A stretch of 64,000 nucleotides of DNA from Psammoneis japonica (Eukaryota). The DNA lies in the NCBI GenBank assembly GCA_008632985.1, contig QPGO01000010.1, positions 434,001-498,000 on the forward strand, in the 5' to 3' direction. Numbering within the stretch: position 1 is the stretch's first letter; every line of letters starts with the position of its first letter. Below the pieces are notes generated by a model. That model was not told where the DNA came from and did not search any database. It saw nothing but the letters and a program-made list of their open reading frames with translations. The translations under genes were made by a program, and so were the position numbers. Positions 59,939 through 64,000 of the stretch are shown here, in pieces.

Positions 59939-61732
59939 ATGATACATGTCGAATCCAGCGGGAGCTATCCATCAGGCCTCTCCAGCTCAAGCCAACACGA
60001 ACTCCTTGATTGCGGTCGCGATCAAAGTCGTGACGGTCCTCTTGCTCGAGTCGTGGTATGCCTGACAGGTCTTCCGCCGGATCAAAAGACTCAGTTACAT
60101 TCTTCAGTAGAAGAACTGGGAGGAAAGTGAGTATCGTTGTGTCTCCTTCCGCTCTCTATGATTTGATGTTTCTCTTTTGGCACTTTCTCAGTCACCTATT
60201 ATGTGTCGCGCTTTCTCAACAACCATTCAGATATGTTCGAGACTTAGACACCTCTGAAACGACACACTTAATTGCTTCTGGTCCAGAGGGCGCCAAATAT
60301 CAAACAGCGAGATCTTGCAGTCATATATCTATCGTTTCGCCAGAATGGCTAGTTGCATGCGCAGAGAAGAAAAGTCGAGTAGACGAAGAGGCGTATCAAG
60401 TGACTTGTTCTCCTTCACACAACGAAGGCAAGACGTCACCCTCAACAACAATCGTAAAACTGATGGATTCTGTGGAGAAAGCTCCACGAAGTAGGCTATT
60501 CTCTTCGTGTCATTTCTTCTTGATGGGCTTTGACGGCAAAGAAGAATCATCATCCTGCTTGGATAGTATGCTTTGCAAATTCATTCGACGAGCCAGAGGT
60601 TCTATCTATTGGCAAATGAATGAGAGTATCACTCATATCATTGTTAATGATCAGCTCAAGGACGAAGATAGGTTCGTTGTTCAATGCAAATACTCTTACA
60701 GTTCTTTTGTCATTCGCGCTAAGCTTTCTTCTGATTTCCTTCATCAGAGACGTCGCCAGGACTTTGTGTTTGAATCATCCAAACGGACCTGTTCAGGTAT
60801 CGCCATTATGGGTACTGTCGTCACTGAAGGAGCAAGCTCTCTTGCCAGCGTCAAATTTCTTTCCGCAAAAGCAAGCATCCGCAAAGGTACAAAAGCCTTC
60901 CAAGAAAACGACAACAAAGCGTTCAAATGCGAGATTGTTTCGGGGATCGCTCTTTGCTTTATTGCGCTTAACTCCACCAAAGGGTACTGTGGACTTTGAC
61001 ACGGTGGAACTAGAGAGGCTCATCTCATCCCATGGTGGACAGTTGCTGTCAGGCAAGTGGATAGACGCTCTCAAGGCCGATTCGAAAGTGGACGGTTGCA
61101 AGCGACGCACATGTTTTGTAGTGACGTGGGGTGGATACAACTCGTCGCATGTCGCTGTGCATCCCTTATTGTCACAGATAAAGCGGTATGACTTGTGTAA
61201 TGTTATTCTCGTCACGCCAATTTGGCTGCAAACCTGTGTCAAGGAGAACAAGGAGATATCGCCGTCATGCCATCCGCTTCTGTTTGAACCACAGTCGTGG
61301 CCGATTTGTCGAATTGTGAGCTCTAGTGAGAAAAAGAAGGATAAAGAACGCAACGTTCGAGCTTGTGTCACTGGTTTTGTGGGAAGCGAGCGAACAGCAT
61401 TGATTTATTTGCTCGGGGCGATTGGTGCAACCTACACGGACAACATGAAAAGCAGCAACACGCATCTGATATGCAAAGTCGGAAAGGGCCCAAAGTACGA
61501 GAAGGCCATCGAATGGGGCTTGCAGGTGGTATCTGTAGAATGGCTTTATCATGTAATGCAGTACGGATACGGAGGCAAAACGGAAGATGATAGCACAAAC
61601 TCGGGGATTGGATGTGAGGACAAGTTTCCCTTGTCGGAGTCAAACTTGCCCTTGACAGAAGCAGGAGATGCTGTGCCAAGACGAAAAAAGAGACGAACAT
61701 TGCCCAAGGAAAAGATGAAACCATCACTGTAA
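59939..61732 (+). CDS. Multi-BRCT protein, TOPBP1/Rad4/Dpb11-like, 3 exons
   Basis: Exons 59939-60126, 60231-60671 and 60748-61732. VCLTGL..K...VEELGGKY...TTHLIA...G.KY...VSPEWL; CVTGFVGSER...IGATYTDNM...THLIC...G.KYEKAIEWGL.VVS.EWL. Confidence 0.85.
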
Positions 61733-61891
61733 AACGGCAGAGCGTCAGCGTTTGTTTCAGATCACTTTTGTACATTTGCCCAATGCAACGATCGACAGGT
61801 CTCGGCAAAACATGAGTGGGAAATCGACATTATCTCCTAGTTTCTTTTTCACAGTAACGTCAACTGATTTAAGTCCATCATGTTAAGAGCC

Positions 61892-62269
61892 TTATTTTCC
61901 GGCTTTGCTTGCTTCTTCCCGTAGTCTTTCTAGTTGGGCCAGCTGATCCTCTGACAACTCCACATCTGGCGACATGTCCTGCCCAAAGTCGTACCTTCCA
62001 TTCTTTCGGGGGCTACTGATCGTGTCCTGCTGTGAGTTCTCTATTGACATTGCTTCTCTCGCCCTAGCTGTCGATAGAACTTGATCTAAATACCGCTGCC
62101 ATTCGTTGAAGAAGAGTGACAATTGCGCTGGTTTCGTCACCTCCTTGTGCGCACGAAACTCGCTCTTGACATAGGCGTCGCCGAGTTGTCGCATTTCTGG
62201 AGGCAAATGCTTGGCATGAGCTCGTAGCAACGATCGATACAGTGATAACACTTCTGTGCGTCCCTTCAT
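61892..62269 (-). CDS. SDHAF3: Succinate dehydrogenase assembly factor 3 (ACN9/Sdh7, LYR family)
   Basis: LYRSLLRAH.KHLP.EMRQLGDAYVKSEFRAHK...FFNEWQRY...LSEDQ..QL..LREE. Confidence 0.92.
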   Translation of the reverse strand: MKGRTEVLSLYRSLLRAHAKHLPPEMRQLGDAYVKSEFRAHKEVTKPAQLSLFFNEWQRYLDQVLSTARAREAMSIENSQQDTISSPRKNGRYDFGQDMSPDVELSEDQLAQLERLREEASKAGK

Positions 62270-62459
62270 TTCCGCCTGTTGCGTCGGTGTCGGGCGCCTG
62301 ACTCAATGCTTAGAGAGAACGCCGCCATTGGCCATTTGGCGGAAAGCTAAAAGCTAATTACAAAGGATGTTTGTTTGTCTGAAGAATTGGCGTCTGCAGT
62401 GTGGCCAGCTTCCTTGGCCGGTGGGAATAGAGCAGAGGGCACCACTGGATAGAGTGAAG

Positions 62460-64000
62460 CTCTTTGGACTGTTGTTTCAACACCTGCCTGTTGAGTGTTT
62501 TGTTGCATCCGGGAGATGGACGCCGGCTCTCTCAATGCCCACCAATGTGGGTGACCGATGGCTTCAACACTCTGTTTTTGAGTGTGTGCACAGGGAGACA
62601 GACCATTTCAATGTCTCTCAAACATGCACCCCGGTGGGTGGATGGTTTCAACACCCATCCCCCCCCCCCCTCCCCCAGGAGGACGTGGGGATGGCTTCAA
62701 ACCCTGTTGCGTGCACATGCCAGGGGATCAGTGGTTTTTCAACACATGTGTCAAACATGTGCCCCAGGGGACAGACAGCTTCAGCACCTGCACTGAGTGT
62801 GTGTGTTGAACCAACAAGACAATGTTGCCAAAAGGGAACCCTTTGAGGTTTCCTGTGCCACTCGTCACACTTGTCCTGGTTGCTCCTGTGGTCTGCGGCA
62901 GCCATGGTTTGCCTGGAAGTCCTTGACAAACTTCAATCTTGCAGTGCAAAAGCTGCCTGCTGACACCACAGTGCAATTTGTGCAAACCAGATGATTCACT
63001 CCAAAGAGTGAGAAAAAAAAGGTTGGTGAGATTGGCGATGAATGCACACTCGCTGGTCCGGTGTTGCCAAATCCACCATGTCAGGATCCAAAGCATCTTC
63101 TCTTCAACATTTCCACTTCTGGGTTTTTTGCATTTCCTGCTCATTCTAGATGCTCCAACAACACACTCCTTCCACTTGGGTCAATGTTCAGAACACTTGT
63201 TCATGACACACAGGGGAAGGCCCCTCAGGCATCCACACACAGTGGGTCTGCTGGCCCAATCTTCTTGAAAGTTGCTGTTGCGATTCACATTGGAACATTG
63301 CCAGTTGGCATGTCACTCTTCATTGGCAAAATCCAACATCTCATTGAGTGCATCCATTGTGCCTTGTGTGCACTCCATGAACTTGCCAATGCAGGCACAG
63401 CAATTCTGCTCCACCAAGTTCATCATGTGAGGACCAACCAACCACCAGCTCATGATCTCCAACCATTGACCACTTCAGGATCTGACACAAAGAACCCCAT
63501 GCTGTGACAAGCCCACTTGTCCGGGGTCTTGCCTTGTTGATGTTGCAATCAACAACAGTGCTGGCTTCAGCATGCAGAAGTCAAGTCCATTCTTGTCTCA
63601 CACCTTTCGCAATGGACCTTGCCACACTCATCATCTCTCAGACTGTGCATCATGAGCGGGCCACAAACCCCCTCATCATCCATGCCATGTGCAGGACAGC
63701 TGATCATTGGCATGTCCGTCAGTGCTGCAAGAACATCTTGTCTGTCCAGTGTGAGTTGAAGATTCCCATTCCTGGATCTGGCAATTTGTTGGTCCTTCAA
63801 ATTTCTCTCGGGCCTCCCATGTGCCATTGTCAATTTCAGCAACATGTCTTGCCCTGCAACTCAGCATCAAAGCCAATCATTTGCCAGTGCTCGCTGTTCT
63901 TGTGCACATTCATTCTGTGCAGCTCAGCATCTTCTGTCACCATGCTCCCATCAGCATGTGTGGAGAACATCAGTGCTGTGGCAGTGGACACACACTTTGG
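62460..64000. mobile_element. TpA/CpG-depleted decayed repeat or TE (runs off window end)
   Basis: About one TA seen in about 1.5 kb; repeated TTTCAACAC motifs and a poly-C tract near the left edge; Tyr-free ORF fragments. Confidence 0.6.

Overview
Eukaryotic nuclear DNA, most likely a diatom. Evidence: short GT-AG introns, signal+ASAF-type plastid presequences, a diatom-type delta-6 elongase, a DUF6824-type protein and a CoDi-type Copia remnant. About 20 ordinary host genes are present: a mucin-like surface protein with bacterial-type repeat domains, a Rolling-stone-like membrane protein, ELO, YGGT, a TPR 2OG-oxygenase, HMG-box, thioredoxin, MenE-like ligase, leishmanolysin, a SAM protein, RBM34/Nop12, CHMP2/Vps2, an iGluR-like channel, HIBCH/CHY1, an NSF-like AAA ATPase, TOPBP1-like and SDHAF3. 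Three sharply bounded transposon-containing blocks (~21.7-30.2 kb, ~39.0-48.3 kb, ~62.5-64 kb) have almost no TpA dinucleotides and reduced CpG. Internal controls show this is directed hypermutation, TpA -> TpG/CpA (A:T->G:C on either strand). (1) A TE-disrupted paralog of the leishmanolysin gene has all 11 Tyr of the alignable C-terminal half changed to His or Cys. (2) The two 276-bp LTRs of the inserted retroelement differ almost only at TA/TG/CA/CG sites. (3) Intact genes, a MITE and young intergenic duplications are untouched. This looks like a RIP-like genome-defence process running in the opposite direction to fungal RIP, and it is the main candidate for an undescribed system. All counts are by eye; no database or literature searches could be run.
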